Assembly (NCBI GenBank): GCA_951406725.2
Contig: OX597825.1
Location: 62,806,001-62,870,000, forward strand
From: Octopus vulgaris
Lineage: Eukaryota
DNA length: 64,000 bases
Direction of reading: 5' to 3'
The notes under the pieces were generated by a model. The model had not been told where the DNA came from. It worked only from the letters and a program-made list of their open reading frames with translations, and searched no databases. The translations under genes were made by a program, and so were the position numbers. This document shows, in pieces, positions 51,424 through 64,000 of this stretch (position 1 is its first letter; the number at the start of each line of letters is the position of its first letter).

Positions 51424-52726
51424 CACGTGTGTGTGTGTATGTGTGTGTGTGTGTGCGTGTGCATGTGTGCATGTGTCTTCTTTCTTTACCTCAAACAATA
51501 ATTTTACTTTTACTGTCATAGAAGAGGTGCTGTTTGCAATTTTCACTGAAAGCATATTTCTGATTATGTGAAAACATTACCTTGCCTGTAAACAGTAGAA
51601 TATAAGTGACAGATAGTGCATTTGGACAAGGAAATATCTGCCCCAATGGATCCTGTGAAAACACTAAAATTTTGACATCATGATGATGATCACATCATGG
51701 AAAAAAAAATGACCGCAACAAAGAGGATAATGATGACTAAGAGATCACGCATAAAACACAGCTTGGCAAATAAACTTGAATAATGAGTTAAGTGTTTGCT
51801 AGAAGTCCAAACTTTGATAAATCAATTGGTCTGAGTCAAATGGCCATTAAGCAGTAAAAATTAATCTAGCGGCTTATTAGCTGAATTTTATCTTTAGGGT
51901 GTTAATTCACAATGTTCAAAGGCAGATATTTTTTTTTTTATGATTCATATGTGAAGGGTGAACCCAAACCACTGAATACAATATTCATCATTAATGAGTT
52001 AAAAGAAAAAACTGCTTATTTCAAAAATATTTTAATTTTTTTTATGCTATTCAATGAAATTTTTGAAATCAAAAAAGATCAATATTATAAAGTAAGCCAT
52101 ATATTGACACTTTGTATTGGAATTAGGTCACAACTTGAACATGAAAATAACAAAAGTTTGACAAAGTACAAAATAGAATACTGAAAATATTGAAGACACT
52201 TTTGCATACATACATACATACATACATACGTGTGTGTACCTATACATATATGCATGTATACACACATACATACATGCATACATGCATACACACTCACTTA
52301 CACATACATTCATACATACAAACACACACACACATATACTGTGATTTGACTTGAACACATTCACATCTTCAGTATAAAGTGCTTACAAAGAATGCTACAC
52401 TCTTTAAACTCACACACACATCTGAGGTGTTGTGTTAAGTGTTTGGATATGGAATTCCTGCTGTAACCATGAAGTTTAGATTTAAATCTTACTATGTGGT
52501 ACCATAGGCGGGTAACTTCTGCTATAGTTTCATGCTGAACCAGGGCTTGTTAGTGGAACTGATACTGAAAAAAATATGTAAGCCTATTGTGTATGTGCAT
52601 GTGTGCATGCATATGCGTGTCTATTATTGAACACCTATACTCAATGTCTGTGTTTGATAATGTTTATAATACTGCTCCTACTTCTAATTCATATTTGAAT
52701 ATATATATATATATCATCATAATCAT

Positions 52727-53310
52727 CATTGTTTTTACTTTCTGCTTTCCATGCTAGTATGGGTTGGACGATTTGACTGAGGTCTGGTGAACCAGATGGC
52801 TGAATCAGGCTCCAATTTGATCTGGCAGAGTTTCTACAGCTGGATGTCCTTCCTAATACCAACCACTCTGAGAGTGTAGTGGGTGCTTTTACGTGCCACC
52901 GGCACGAGAGCCAGTCGGGCAGTACTGGCAATAGCCACACTCAAATGGTGCTTTTTATATGCCACCTGCACAGGAGCCAGTCCAGCAGTACTGGCAACGA
53001 CCTTGCTCAAATGATTTTTCATGTGCCACCAGCAGAAGTGCCAGTAAGGCAACGCAGGTAATGATCACACTCGAATGGTACTTTTTATGTGCCACCAGCA
53101 CAGAAGCCACTTTGTTGCTCTGGCAATGATCACGCTCAGATGGTGCTCTTAGCGCTCCACTAGCACAGATGCCAGTCATTGAATTTGATTTTGATTTCAC
53201 TTGCCTCAACAGGTCTTCGCAAGCAGAGTTTAGTGTCCAATGAAGGAAAGGTATGCATAAGTGGGCTGGTTACACCCCTGGCATAGGCCACGAGGTTATG
53301 GTCTCACTTT
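52727..53310 (-). repeat. Family D repeat, long form with ~60-bp tandem subunits
   Basis: 4-5 copies of ggtgctttt..tgccacc.gcac..agccagt....ctggcaa; (ATC)n tail on the left. Confidence 0.8.
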
Positions 53311-53372
53311 CATTGTGAAAGTAAATCAAGAAACTGAGGAATTATTAAAGGTGTTTTCAAATGAAATAATAT

Positions 53373-53793
53373 ATTTCTTTATTGCTCACAAGGGGCTAAA
53401 CATAGAGGGGACAAACAAGGACAAACAAAGGGATTAAGTCGATTAGATTGATCCCAGTGTGTAACTGGTACTTTATTTATCGACCCCGAAAGGATGAAAA
53501 GCAAAGTTGACCTTGGCGGAATATGAACTCAGAACATAATGGTAGACGAATTACCTATTTCTATTTCTTTACTACCCACAAGGAGCTAAACACAGAGGGG
53601 ACAAACAAGGACAGAAAAACAGATTAAGTCGATTACATCGACCTCAGTGCGTAACTGGTACTTATTTAATCGACCCCGAAAGGATGAAAGGCAAAGTCGA
53701 CCTCGGCGGAATTTGAAATCAGAACATAGCGCCAGACGAAATGCCTGGCGGTATTTCGTCTGGCGTACTAACGTTTCTGCCAACTCGCTGCTT
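53373..53793 (-). mobile_element. SINE family A dimer
   Basis: Two reverse-complement units joined at gacgaattacctatttc. Confidence 0.9.
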
Positions 53794-55556
53794 TAATGGA
53801 ATATTATTATTTCAAATGAAATGATAAGTTATGTCAGTGGAATATTTGTTGAATTGTGTTTGCAATGTAATCATATCTAAGATGAAAGAGAGAAAGAAAA
53901 TGAAAGAGAAATCTAAAGAAGTAGATGAACTCATTTACTTTATACATGCTGCAGACGTTAAAAGCATGACTAACAATCTTTGCTCAGGTGGTATTGAGAG
54001 AGCTGGGTGTAAAACGAGCTAAGTACAGAGACAAGAAGGAAAACTGATGAAAGCAAAGTTTCAGAGCACATTGAGTCCCTTAGAAGAGAGTTGACTTTAC
54101 TATTTGAAAGAATGTAACTATAAAAGGAAAACAAAAATAGAAAGACTAGAAAGGAAACATCATTCGATGTGAAAAGTAATAATCAAAGAGCTTAACCAAG
54201 AGAAAGCAGTAAAAACAGTGATCAAAAGATGTGAAAGAAGGACAGAAAAATTGCAACAAAACAGACAGTTCCAATACATTCACCCCACACCACTCAAGGG
54301 GAAAAAAAAGAACGATTGTTTATAAATTTAGAAGGAATAGAGAGGGGGAATTAAGCAATAATAGATGCAGAGGAGAGCATAAAAGTGTGGAGTGATAAAC
54401 CACGAGAACACAGAATGGATAAAGTGAACAGAGAAAGAGATAAGCTAGACAGATAAACAAATCAGGCCAGCCTTGTTCTAGCCTTTCTCTTGAAACAGAT
54501 CAAGAAATTATTCAACTGGAAGGCACCTGACGCAGATGAGGTACAAGTGTTTTTTGTATAAGAATATAAGTTATACCAGCAGAAATGTTGAATATAAGTT
54601 ATGCTAGCAGAGACTTGTTCCTGAGTGACTAACTAAAGGGAGTATGATATTTATCATGACGGATAAGGACAAATATCTAGAAAATATTCATAGGAATACT
54701 TCTGTCTACAGGAAAAGAGCCTTCAGAAAGCAATCCAGAGGCCCCAAAGATCAATTTATGATACATGAAAGGATTACCATAAACCGAAAAAGGGGACAAG
54801 ATAAATTGGCTGAGTGTGAATCAATTATAAGAAGTCTTTTGACGTGGTTCCTGCTCATAGATCATCAAATGTCAAGACCTCTTTAGAATTAATCCAAAGA
54901 TAAAATGTTATTGGAAGCTGTACGAAATTCAAGTTAACATCTTGGGAAATATGTTTAGTGATGGTTGAAATAAAACATGGTTTCTTTCAAAGGGATAGTA
55001 TTTCAACTGTGCTGTTTATATTATTGCTAATACCCATGTCACCTACTCTGAGCAAACAGAAAGCAGGCTGTGATTTCATAAAGGGCAAAGGGACCGTAAA
55101 CGATTTGGTGTTTATGGCAAAATATAAAAGCATCTAGGTTCATTGGTGAATATATCTGGAATTTTCAGTGAATAAATTAAAATGGATTTTGGTATAGACA
55201 AGTTGGGAGAAGGAAAATACCACTGCTGCAATGGAATCAAACTTTTAAATGACAAAGCAAAGAATGAAATAAATCTGGAAGGAGGAAACAAATATTCTTG
55301 GTATTCTAGAGGTCAGAGATGTCAAGGACAAAATGCTGGAGTACAAAACACTGAGCAAATACTACTGGGGGATTAGAAAATTTCTAAAAGCCAAAGCTCA
55401 ACATTTTGAACACTTTCAGTGCTATAAACTGCAGAGCAGTGTCAGTCATCAATCATCAGATAGAGTATTGGCATCATCAAATGAACAAAGGAGGAATAGG
55501 AAAAAATAGACTAGAGAACAAGAAAATGTTCGGCAATGTACTAAGCACTGCACTCT

Positions 55557-55586
<30 letters not shown>

Positions 55587-55589
<3 letters not shown>

Positions 55590-55737
55590 AATTAGAGATA
55601 AAACCACTATTATGCAACTCAAACAGTGAGACATAAACCAAAGCATGAATAACAAAGAAAATATATTTTTATAAAACATATAGCTAGATCTCAAAAAGTA
55701 TAAATATGAATAATCAATATATAATTTTAAAAAAACT
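55587..55737. repeat. Repeat related to the 12337 palindrome arm, between (TA)n tracts
   Basis: taaattagagataaaaccact..gcaactcaaacagtga vs taaattagagaagaaccacc..gcaattcaacagtga. Confidence 0.6.
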
Positions 55738-55740
55738 ATG

Positions 55741-55791
<51 letters not shown>

Positions 55792-55793
55792 AC

Positions 55794-55830
<37 letters not shown>

Positions 55831-56849
55831 AATATATACACACACACGGAGATATTTGGGCTGTGCTTGCATTTCACGAAATTCTTATTAGTGTTTTGGG
55901 AAGTGTATAATAACGATAATAGGAGTATTAGCAATAATATTTACACCACGGCTGGAAATTGATAGCTGATGAGAGTGGGAGATAACCCCCTACATTCTAC
56001 CCTCTGAGCTGTCAAGTGGCCTAGCTGAAAGAAGATGGCATAGCTGGAAGCCAATGACAGGCCAATGACCACAAGAAGAAGGAGATAAACCCATTGTTTA
56101 TATCTATTTCTTTTCCCCCTCCATACTTTAAAGAGGCCATAGGCCAACAAGCCTTAGGATCTGATGATATGCCATAAAGACACTCTTTATGATGAGAAAC
56201 CCAGAGTAACACTATAAACAAGCTTTCACCAGCAATAAATACATATACACATGCACATATATATGGAGAGAGAGAGAGAGGCTCTATATATTTATATATA
56301 TATATAGAGAGAGAGATCAAAGGAGAAAGGGGGCTTCGAGGTGGAAAAGTTAGTGTGAGTATAGAAATAAACTGGTCTCTAAAGAATATATAGAGACAAG
56401 CAACGGACAATTATTGGAAACAGTGCTGGCAGAATCAATACTTGGTGCAAGAATGTGAAATGAAGAATTACATCAAGAAAAGCTAGACAGGCATATAAAA
56501 AAAAAAAACCACCAGCATGGACAGTTCTAATGGAATACTGAAAGTGACTGTGACAGCAAAACATTGGATTGGATGAAGAGAGAAACCAAAGGTCTGAGCC
56601 TGGCAGCAAAAGATGCATAAGGAAAGTGATTGATCTAGACACCATCGATAGAAAATGTAGATACTGCAATACATATGATGAAACAGTTGCACATATGACA
56701 AAGAGTACCCAAAATGCATACAAAAATTCTACAGAAGGCGGTGGTATAACATTGTTGTAGCTACCCTTCAGTGGAAAATTTGCCAGCTGCTCACTTTTGA
56801 CCACGTAGAAAGATAGTAAGAACACAAAGCTGCAAAGGCTCTGAATAAT

Positions 56850-57357
56850 CCTTTCTAGGTAAAAGGCCTGGATTTTTGTGGGTAGGAGGGACAATTAACC
56901 ACATCGACCCCGAAAGGATGAAAGACAAAGTCAAACTCGGCTCAATTTGTACTCAGTATGTAGTGGCAGGAAGGCGCAATGGCCCAGTGGTTAGGGCAGT
57001 GGACTCGCAGTCGAAGGATCGTGGTTTTGATTCCCAGACAGGGTGTTGTGTGTGTTTATTGAGCGAAAACACCTAAAGCTCTACAAGGCTCTGGCAGGGG
57101 GTGGTGGCGACCCCTGTTGAACTCTTTTGTCCCAACTTTTTCTCTCACTCTTTCTTCCTGTTTCTTGAGTAAAGCTGCAATGAACTGGCGTCCCGTCCAG
57201 CTAGGGGAAACACATACACCACAGAAACTGGGAAACTGGGCCCATGAGCCTGGCTAGGCTTCAAAAGGGCACATAAATAAAAAATAATGTAGTGGCAGAC
57301 AAAATATTGCTAAGCATTTTGCCCAGCATGCAAACAATTTTGCCAGCTCACCACCTT
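56850..57357 (-). mobile_element. SINE A variant nested in the R4/Dong element
   Basis: 16-bp TSD aaagg(c/t)tctgaataat at 56834-56849 and 57358-57373. Confidence 0.88.
56970..57286 (+). mobile_element. SINE family C with alternative tail, nested in SINE A
   Basis: 12-bp TSD atgtagtggcag at 56958-56969 and 57287-57298. Confidence 0.92.
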
Positions 57358-57671
57358 AAAGGTTCTGAATAATGACAAAGCAAAGATGTCATGTGAAATG
57401 AAGATACTGACTCTCAGCACAACTGAAAATTCTAGACTTAATATTGTCTTCCTAGGTAAGAAGTGAACCTGTCTGCTGATAGATGAGCGACTTTGATAAC
57501 AAAGTAAGAAAACAAAGAAACATATAAAACTGGTAGATATGACTTGTGGATTCAGATTGAAATTATATATTTTACGGCAGAAAATTTTGAGTCATTTGGT
57601 TCAGTGACCAGCAAATTGGAAGGGTGGCTGAAGAAAAAGGTGATTGAAGTCAATACAACACTACTTCAAAA

Positions 57672-57887
57672 AGTGAGCTGGCAGAAACGTTATCACACCG
57701 GGCGAAATGCTTAGCGATATTTCATCTGTCTTTGCGTTCTGAGTTCAAATTTCACCGAGGTCGACTTTGCTTTTCATCCTTTTGGGGTCGATTAAATAAG
57801 TACCAGTTACGCACTGAGGTCGATATCATCGACTTAATCCGTTTGTCCTCTGTGCGTTTAGCCCCTTGTGGGTACTAAAGAAATAGG
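57672..57887 (+). mobile_element. SINE family A
   Basis: Family A match; interrupts the LINE C-terminus. Confidence 0.9.
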
Positions 57888-58004
57888 TTATTAAGATCAG
57901 GGAAGATCATAAGAAGGTTCTAAGGTACCTAAAGTGACAGGAAGTGACTCTATACTATGAATAGCACGAGCTAAATGGCATCTGTAATGCTGTGATTGGG
58001 AAGG

Positions 58005-58120
58005 TAATAATAAGAGTAATGATAACAATAATAACAATAATAATAATAATAACAATAATAACAATAATAATAATAATAACAATAATAGTAATAATAACAA
58101 TAACGACAACGACAATAAAA
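58005..58120. repeat. (AAT)n/(AAC)n microsatellite
   Basis: Seen directly; lies at the 3' end of the R4/Dong element. Confidence 0.9.
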
Positions 58121-58690
58121 ACAACTATGTGAAGTATTGTGTTAAATCAAAGTGAAACATTGGAATTGCACCGTATAAGTCTGTTAGTTACAGTCTATGT
58201 AGATGTACATGGAACAGATCTTTTAATTAAGAAGAGGTTGTTGAACATTTCCATGGTAAAAAGTTTCTTGCTTAGAAAGCCAAAACGTAATTAAAATAGA
58301 AAAGGAAAAAAAATCAAACGCTACGACAGTCCAGTCACTATCTATTTACACTCATGTTTAAAATCAGTACAAACAAATTGTTTTCAGACAGCTACAGTTA
58401 AGAAGAAATTTGTGTGACTTTAAATCAATCAAGTTCTGCCAAAAATAATAGGAATTTTTATTTATTTATTTATTTTCTTTTATTTTTCTATTCTTTTTTT
58501 CCCCCCTTGTTCTTCATTAAATTTTTATATACATTTGTACTTATAGCAAGCAACAATATGATATATATCAAGTTTTGTCTGCTGAGAGAACCACAGATTG
58601 ATTTGGTTAAATATATCATCACCAAAAAGATGATGATGATGATGATGTTGATCATTGGATGATTAACATCATTATTATTATTATTATTAA

Positions 58691-58739
<49 letters not shown>

Positions 58740-59329
58740 GATATTGTTATGAGGAAAGAAAGGAGGAGAATGTTAACATCTAGTTTTCCATGTAAGCATA
58801 GTTTGGATGTGTCAGCAATATAGGTCTGCTTCCTTTTATTATTATTATTTTTTTTTTCCTGCCTTCCAATTCCACATCACTTCTTCCAAAGAGTCTCAAT
58901 CTTTTCTGGTATGATCTAATTAATCTATCCAATCTTCTCCAAGTAACCTGTAATTCAGGTAACAACTTCTAATACAATCTATAAACTGTTTTTTTTTATA
59001 TTTTTATTTTTCACTCATGATACAGCATACATTTGAATTAAATCTCCAAGATTACACAAGAAATTTTTCCATGACTCTTACAGTAAAATATATTGACCTT
59101 AATACTGGATAGGTGGATATTTTATTGACTGAATTCATTCAACAAAGTTGGCCTTCATGGGATTTGAACTCAGAATGTAAAGAAACCACTCTGTAAAGAA
59201 TCATAACATATTCACTGCTGCTTTACTGATTCTGTCCTGTGCACGACAAGGCACCTATTTCTGTCTCTTTATTCATATTCTAGCCTTCCATCACTCTGCA
59301 CAATGTCACCCCCCACCTCAAATACTACC

Positions 59330-59800
59330 CACCCCCATTAGTTGAGAGCTCATATCTTGCAAGTTGCTTGGCAAACTCAGTGCTGGTGGTGCCACATAAA
59401 AAGCGTCCCGTACACTCTGTAAAGTGGTTGACATTAGGAAGGGCATCCACTTCTAGAAATAATCTTTTCTACTAAAGACACAAGGCCTGGAATTTGGTGG
59501 GAGAGGACTAGCCGATTACATTGACCCCAGTGTTTCACTAGTACTTAATTTGATCGACCCCAAAAGATGAAAGGCAAAGTCGACTTTGGCAGAATTTGAA
59601 CTCCAAACATAGTGGTAGATGAAATACCACTAAGTATTTTGCCTGGTGTGCTAACAATTTTGCCAGCTCATTGCCTTCAGTTGTAGAAATAACGCCAAAG
59701 AGGACAATGGGGCTCAGTACACTCCTTCAGTTTGCTAGTGCCTGTCAATCTGTCCAGCCCATGTCAATCTGTCCAGCGTGGAAAGTGGTTGTTGATGATG
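59330..59800 (+). repeat. Family D repeat interrupted by a SINE A variant (-, ~59463-59678)
   Basis: ggtgccacataaaaagc..ttaggaagggcatcc; tagaaataa repeated on both sides of the SINE. Confidence 0.75.
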
Positions 59801-60108
59801 ATGAGAAGGAGTAGGAGGAGGATGTATGTATACTAGGGTTTGTGTCCTTGTGTGTTGCTACATGGTTAGGAGGCTTGTTTTTCCAAACCATATGAGTTTC
59901 GGTTTAGTCTCACTGAATGACACCTTGGACAAGCAAGTATCTCGTATTGTAGTCCTGGGCCTGACCAATGCCTTATGAATGGAATTTGTAAACAGTTGCA
60001 CAAATTTTATGTACACATACAGACAGGCAGCAGAACACATGCACATGTCTGTTTATATATGCCCAATCAATATGTTGTTTCTGTTCAAACCATTAAAAGA
60101 AATATTAC

Positions 60109-60133
60109 CTTATATGGAAACAGGTGTCAGTTA
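60109..60133 (-). CDS. Candidate 25-nt micro-exon
   Basis: Acceptor attttcttatactcttccAG; donor AAG|GTAATA. Confidence 0.25.
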
Positions 60134-60394
60134 CTGGAAGAGTATAAGAAAATCTGCATCATTGAATTCCATCTGCTCGTTTGCGAGCATGAGAAAGTAG
60201 GCATTTAAACAACAATGAACGATGGTGATGGCAGGGTGAATGATGATAATGATGATGATGATGAGGAGGAGGAGGTAAAGATGAGGAGGAAGTTGTATCC
60301 ACAGAATTCTCCACGAATGTTTACTTCACAGGAAAAACGACATTTTAGAAGAAAGAACTGTTTTATTGAGCATATGATAGTAGTAGTGGTAGTG

Positions 60395-60463
<69 letters not shown>

Positions 60464-60665
60464 AACCAACACAGTTAAAAATAACAAGTTTCAACCATCA
60501 TTTCTGAATACTTTGTGTGTTTTCACTTTGCCCCACAGGAAAAAAAAAAAAAAAAAAACAGAGAAAAAATCTATGCAATGAATCTTTTATTCAGCCAGTT
60601 TAAAAGTCAATTCAGTAGTTATTTCAGTTCACCAAACCAATTTAATGACATCAAACAATGCTTCG

Positions 60666-60766
60666 CTAGTTGTTAGACTCTTTTTCCTCACATTGTCTGA
60701 GAATTTTCAATAAGCAATTTTCAATCAGCTTCAAATCAGGAAACTCAGAAGCATTTTGGGCCACAT
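60666..60766 (-). CDS. Candidate terminal exon (D)VAQNASEFPDLKLIENCLLKILRQCEEKESNN*
   Basis: Acceptor tgaccgttctttAG; phase-1 open frame; could be chance or LINE-derived. Confidence 0.2.
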
Positions 60767-62243
60767 CTAAAGAACGGTCACTGAAATTATTGGTATGAAT
60801 TCATTCACCAAAATACTCCCAACTTCTGGCCTAAGTTTGCCCTCTCTAGTTGTTCTCTGCGTTTCTATTTTTACCCCTATTATTAATGCTCTCAACTCTT
60901 CGAAGCTGATTTGTTTTTTAGTTACATCTACTCAGGTACTTCTGATTCACACATATCTGTTCTTCTCTGATCAGATATATTTTGTCCAAATCCTGTGTTA
61001 ACCACTAATCCTAGGTCTTCCTCCCCATGATGTATCCTCTCTAGAATTATACCATTCAATAGGTTTTTTCACTCAAAGATATTCCGGAGAAAAATTTAGT
61101 GTATTGATATAACTTGTCTCAGAGGGCTTGTAAAGGCCAGGAGCATGGGCCCCTTCCTCCAGATAAAACCAATTTAAAAACAAAGCAAAAAAACGACAAA
61201 ACAAAATTGAAGTTATAAATTGTAAAGAAATGTCTGTCTATTCTCTGAAGAAATGGAAAGCTTTTTGCAAAAGTTGGTTATAAAATGTGCGTCTGGGGAA
61301 TATAGATTGAATTGAACAAAACTCAGAGAATATATTAAAAGAAGAAAAAAATGGTGAATATTTCTCAAGATAACCATATTCTTTATGGTTATTCCTGATA
61401 CTTTCTGTAGAAAAATAGTTATATTTTCACAAAAAAAACTTTCTGTTGAGGGATTTGCCATTTGTTGTTGGTATTTCTGTTGCTGTTGATGCTGTAGTTG
61501 TTCATATAATTCCAAAAGTTCAAAGATTAATTTAAAATTTCTGTTTGTCATGTGATGCTTTCAACAAGATTGGAAATATATTGAGAATGCTATATAGATT
61601 GGCTAGTATTTTAATAGAAAAGACTAACCTACTGAGATAGATAAATCTATGTGTATGTGGTGTACATAGATATATTATCATCACACATATAATATACATG
61701 CATGTGTGTATATATAATATATACACACGTGATATATATATATGTGTGTGTATATATGTATATATGAGCATTTGTGTGTGTTCATGCATATCTATGTGTA
61801 TGTATGGACTTATGTACATATATTTATATACACAGAGAGAGAAAGATAATGTATATCAATAAGTAAGCAGATAATCAGATAGATAAGTTGATAGTATAGA
61901 TATATATAGATATCAAACATGAGAACTGCATACTGAAAGTAAAAGGGAGATATGAAGGATATAATGATAATGAAGGAGTGCAATAAATCTCAAGAGAATG
62001 AAACAGGGAATAAATGAGAGAGAGAAAGAATAACGTAGAAAGTTAGACAGGAAGATAGAGAACAAAGCACTATGAAACAGAATAAGCACAGAGGTACAGA
62101 AATACAAAATGTGAGATAGAGAGAGAGACAGAGAAAGAAAGGGAGAGGAGAAGTAGCAAGGATAAATCGAAGATAAATGGAATGATAAGTAGAGACTGAG
62201 AGTGTGATTGAGAAAAGAAGACAATCCATATATATATATGTTC

Positions 62244-62324
<81 letters not shown>

Positions 62325-62594
62325 CATATATACATATATACATATATACATATATATACACACATATATATATATATATATATGATATATATAAGGTATA
62401 ATAGAGAGAGAATCTGGAAAGGAAAAATAAAAAGAGTGAGCTGCAACATGAGGTAAAAGGGCTAATATGTAAGAGAGAAGTAAATTGAGGAAAGAAGGTA
62501 TTATGTAAGAAATAGGAAAAATACTGAAGAGAGAGAGAGAGAGCTCTGGGGTGATGTGTGCAGTGATGTGCTGGGAAAGTAAAGGATAGGAAGA

Positions 62595-62625
<31 letters not shown>

Positions 62626-62789
62626 TGCGTGTGTGTGTGTCTATGTTGGCTTCCAAGTATGTAAATAGTTAAAACAATTAGTGAAAGCATGATACATGTT
62701 ACCAATGTATATTTGTTCACAAGTATTGGTTTCTCTGTAGTGTACTGTAAAGTACTATGTGAGTGCTTGTATGTTAGAGAACTGATTTA

Positions 62790-63860
62790 TTTAATCAAAG
62801 TATAATCCATATTCATTTATGACCTTTATCCAACGTTTCTCTAAGTCATAAATTCCGTCTTTTAAAAAAATATTTATCTTTTTCTGTGATAAACTGTCTG
62901 AATCCTTGAATTATCTCTTCTCTATTTAAGAACGTTTTATTGCTTATGAAAAGCTCAAAATGTTTAAATAAGTGATAATCAGTTGGAGAGATATCAGGGA
63001 AATAAGGAGGATGATGCAAAATCTCATAGTTCAGGCTTTGCAACTTTTGAACCGTAGCTTGAGAAATGTGAGGATGTGCATTGTCATGGGATAAAATTGA
63101 GCCATCTCTATTCACAAGTCTGGGTTGCTTCTTTTTCAAATTCTCATGCATACATTCAATTTTCTAGCAATACTGTTTTTCCTTGTCACAGAAATGAACA
63201 ATGAATAACCCCCTTCACAGACCACCATACAGTGAACCCTAACTTTTTAGGTAGCAATGGTGGTTTTGAGTAGTGTTTAGGTGACTCCTCTGCATCTAAT
63301 CACTGTCCTGTTCTCCTGCTGTTGTCAAAGAGTATCCATTTCTCATCACATGCAATGATTCAATGCAAACATGGTTCTTTTTCCAGTAAAAATAGCAATA
63401 AGGAGCACACTTCGAGGTGCCTGTTTTTTAAATCTCGTTCAGCTGACATGGATCAAACCTAACCTTTTCTTGCCTTTTCCAATTTTTTTCAGGTGTTGAG
63501 GAACAGTTGTGCAAGATGTTTGGAATTCTGATGAAAGTTATCAGAACATTGTTCTTGGATTTTGTTCAACCAAAGTGTATAATCCACAATGCCGAGTAAC
63601 TGATTTTGGCCTCCCCTTGGTTCATTTTCAAGGCTATCATCTCCTGAATGGGATCCTTTGGAACCATCATCTCTGAACAGTTCTGAGCTACAACATATTT
63701 ATTGATCTATTTTTGGATGATGGAGCGTACCACGTGGCATCTGGCTGGCTGTGGTTGCTGGAGCCTAACTGTCAGTATTTAAGAGTGAAAAAAAAAGCAC
63801 TTCATTCGTTTGCTGCCACATGTTGCAGCTTTAGGAAGAAGTAGCTACAATTGAATTTAT
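62790..63860 (-). mobile_element. mariner (DD34D) transposase pseudogene
   Basis: PRLVNRDGSILSHDNAHPH..YEILHHPPYFPDISPTDYHLFKHF; ends YFD*; upstream part frameshifted; TIRs not recognised. Confidence 0.88.
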
Positions 63861-64000
63861 CAAGTGATGGTTTGGATTCATTTAACAAAAGATTTTATGT
63901 ATAAAAATTCCATCCCAACACACTTTGGATACATTAAGCAGATAGATTTATTATCAGTGGATTTATAAAAGCAAGAACTAATGTATAAATGTATTTGTAG

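Larger units (their letters stand above)
53860..58000 (+). mobile_element. R4/Dong-clade non-LTR retrotransposon (RT + RLE), decayed and interrupted
   Basis: QQNRQF, NWKAPDADEVQ, SRGPKDQFMI, INYKKSFDVVP, GFFQRDS, MDFGIDK, AINCRAVSVI, KCRYCNTYDETVAH (zinc knuckle), NDKAKMSCEMKI..SRLNIV, LLQK..LLRSGKIIRRF; ends in (AAT)n. Confidence 0.85.

Noticed and set aside
52860-53170. CRISPR-like array (also at 3630-3810)
   Set aside because: Eukaryotic context, degenerate tandem units without unique spacers, no cas genes; part of a retroelement 3' region
55966-56000. CTGATGA as another hammerhead
   Set aside because: No stem II closed by GAAA follows
58780-58965. 61-aa minus-strand ORF
   Set aside because: No recognisable domain, and it runs through a poly-A/ATA tract
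62846-63151. SETMAR-like domesticated gene
   Set aside because: Transposase fragment only, no SET domain, and disrupted upstream frame

Overview
AT-rich, microsatellite-dense eukaryotic DNA, most likely an intron or intergenic region of an octopus (cephalopod) genome. That organism call is an inference from the SINE families, the metazoan 18S fragment and the composition. No intact protein-coding gene is recognisable; most ORF-track entries are microsatellite or repeat translations. The window is a mosaic of at least four tRNA-headed SINE families (many with clear TSDs), decayed non-LTR retrotransposons (RTE, CR1, R4/Dong, Jockey-like), Tc1/mariner and maT remnants, a TTAA MITE, a Helitron PIF1-helicase remnant, Penelope-type hammerhead-bearing repeats and an 18S rRNA 3'-end pseudogene. 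The most interesting observations are: (1) a tRNA-headed element carrying a minimal hammerhead ribozyme fold; (2) an 18S fragment inserted into one arm of a local inverted duplication, where the other arm preserves the empty site and shows 7-nt homology to the rRNA 3' end; (3) SINE concatemers and self-antisense nests that predict long dsRNA; (4) several short minus-strand segments with good splice signals that may be micro-exons of an unidentified host gene. All calls are by eye; boundaries without TSD or TIR support are approximate.
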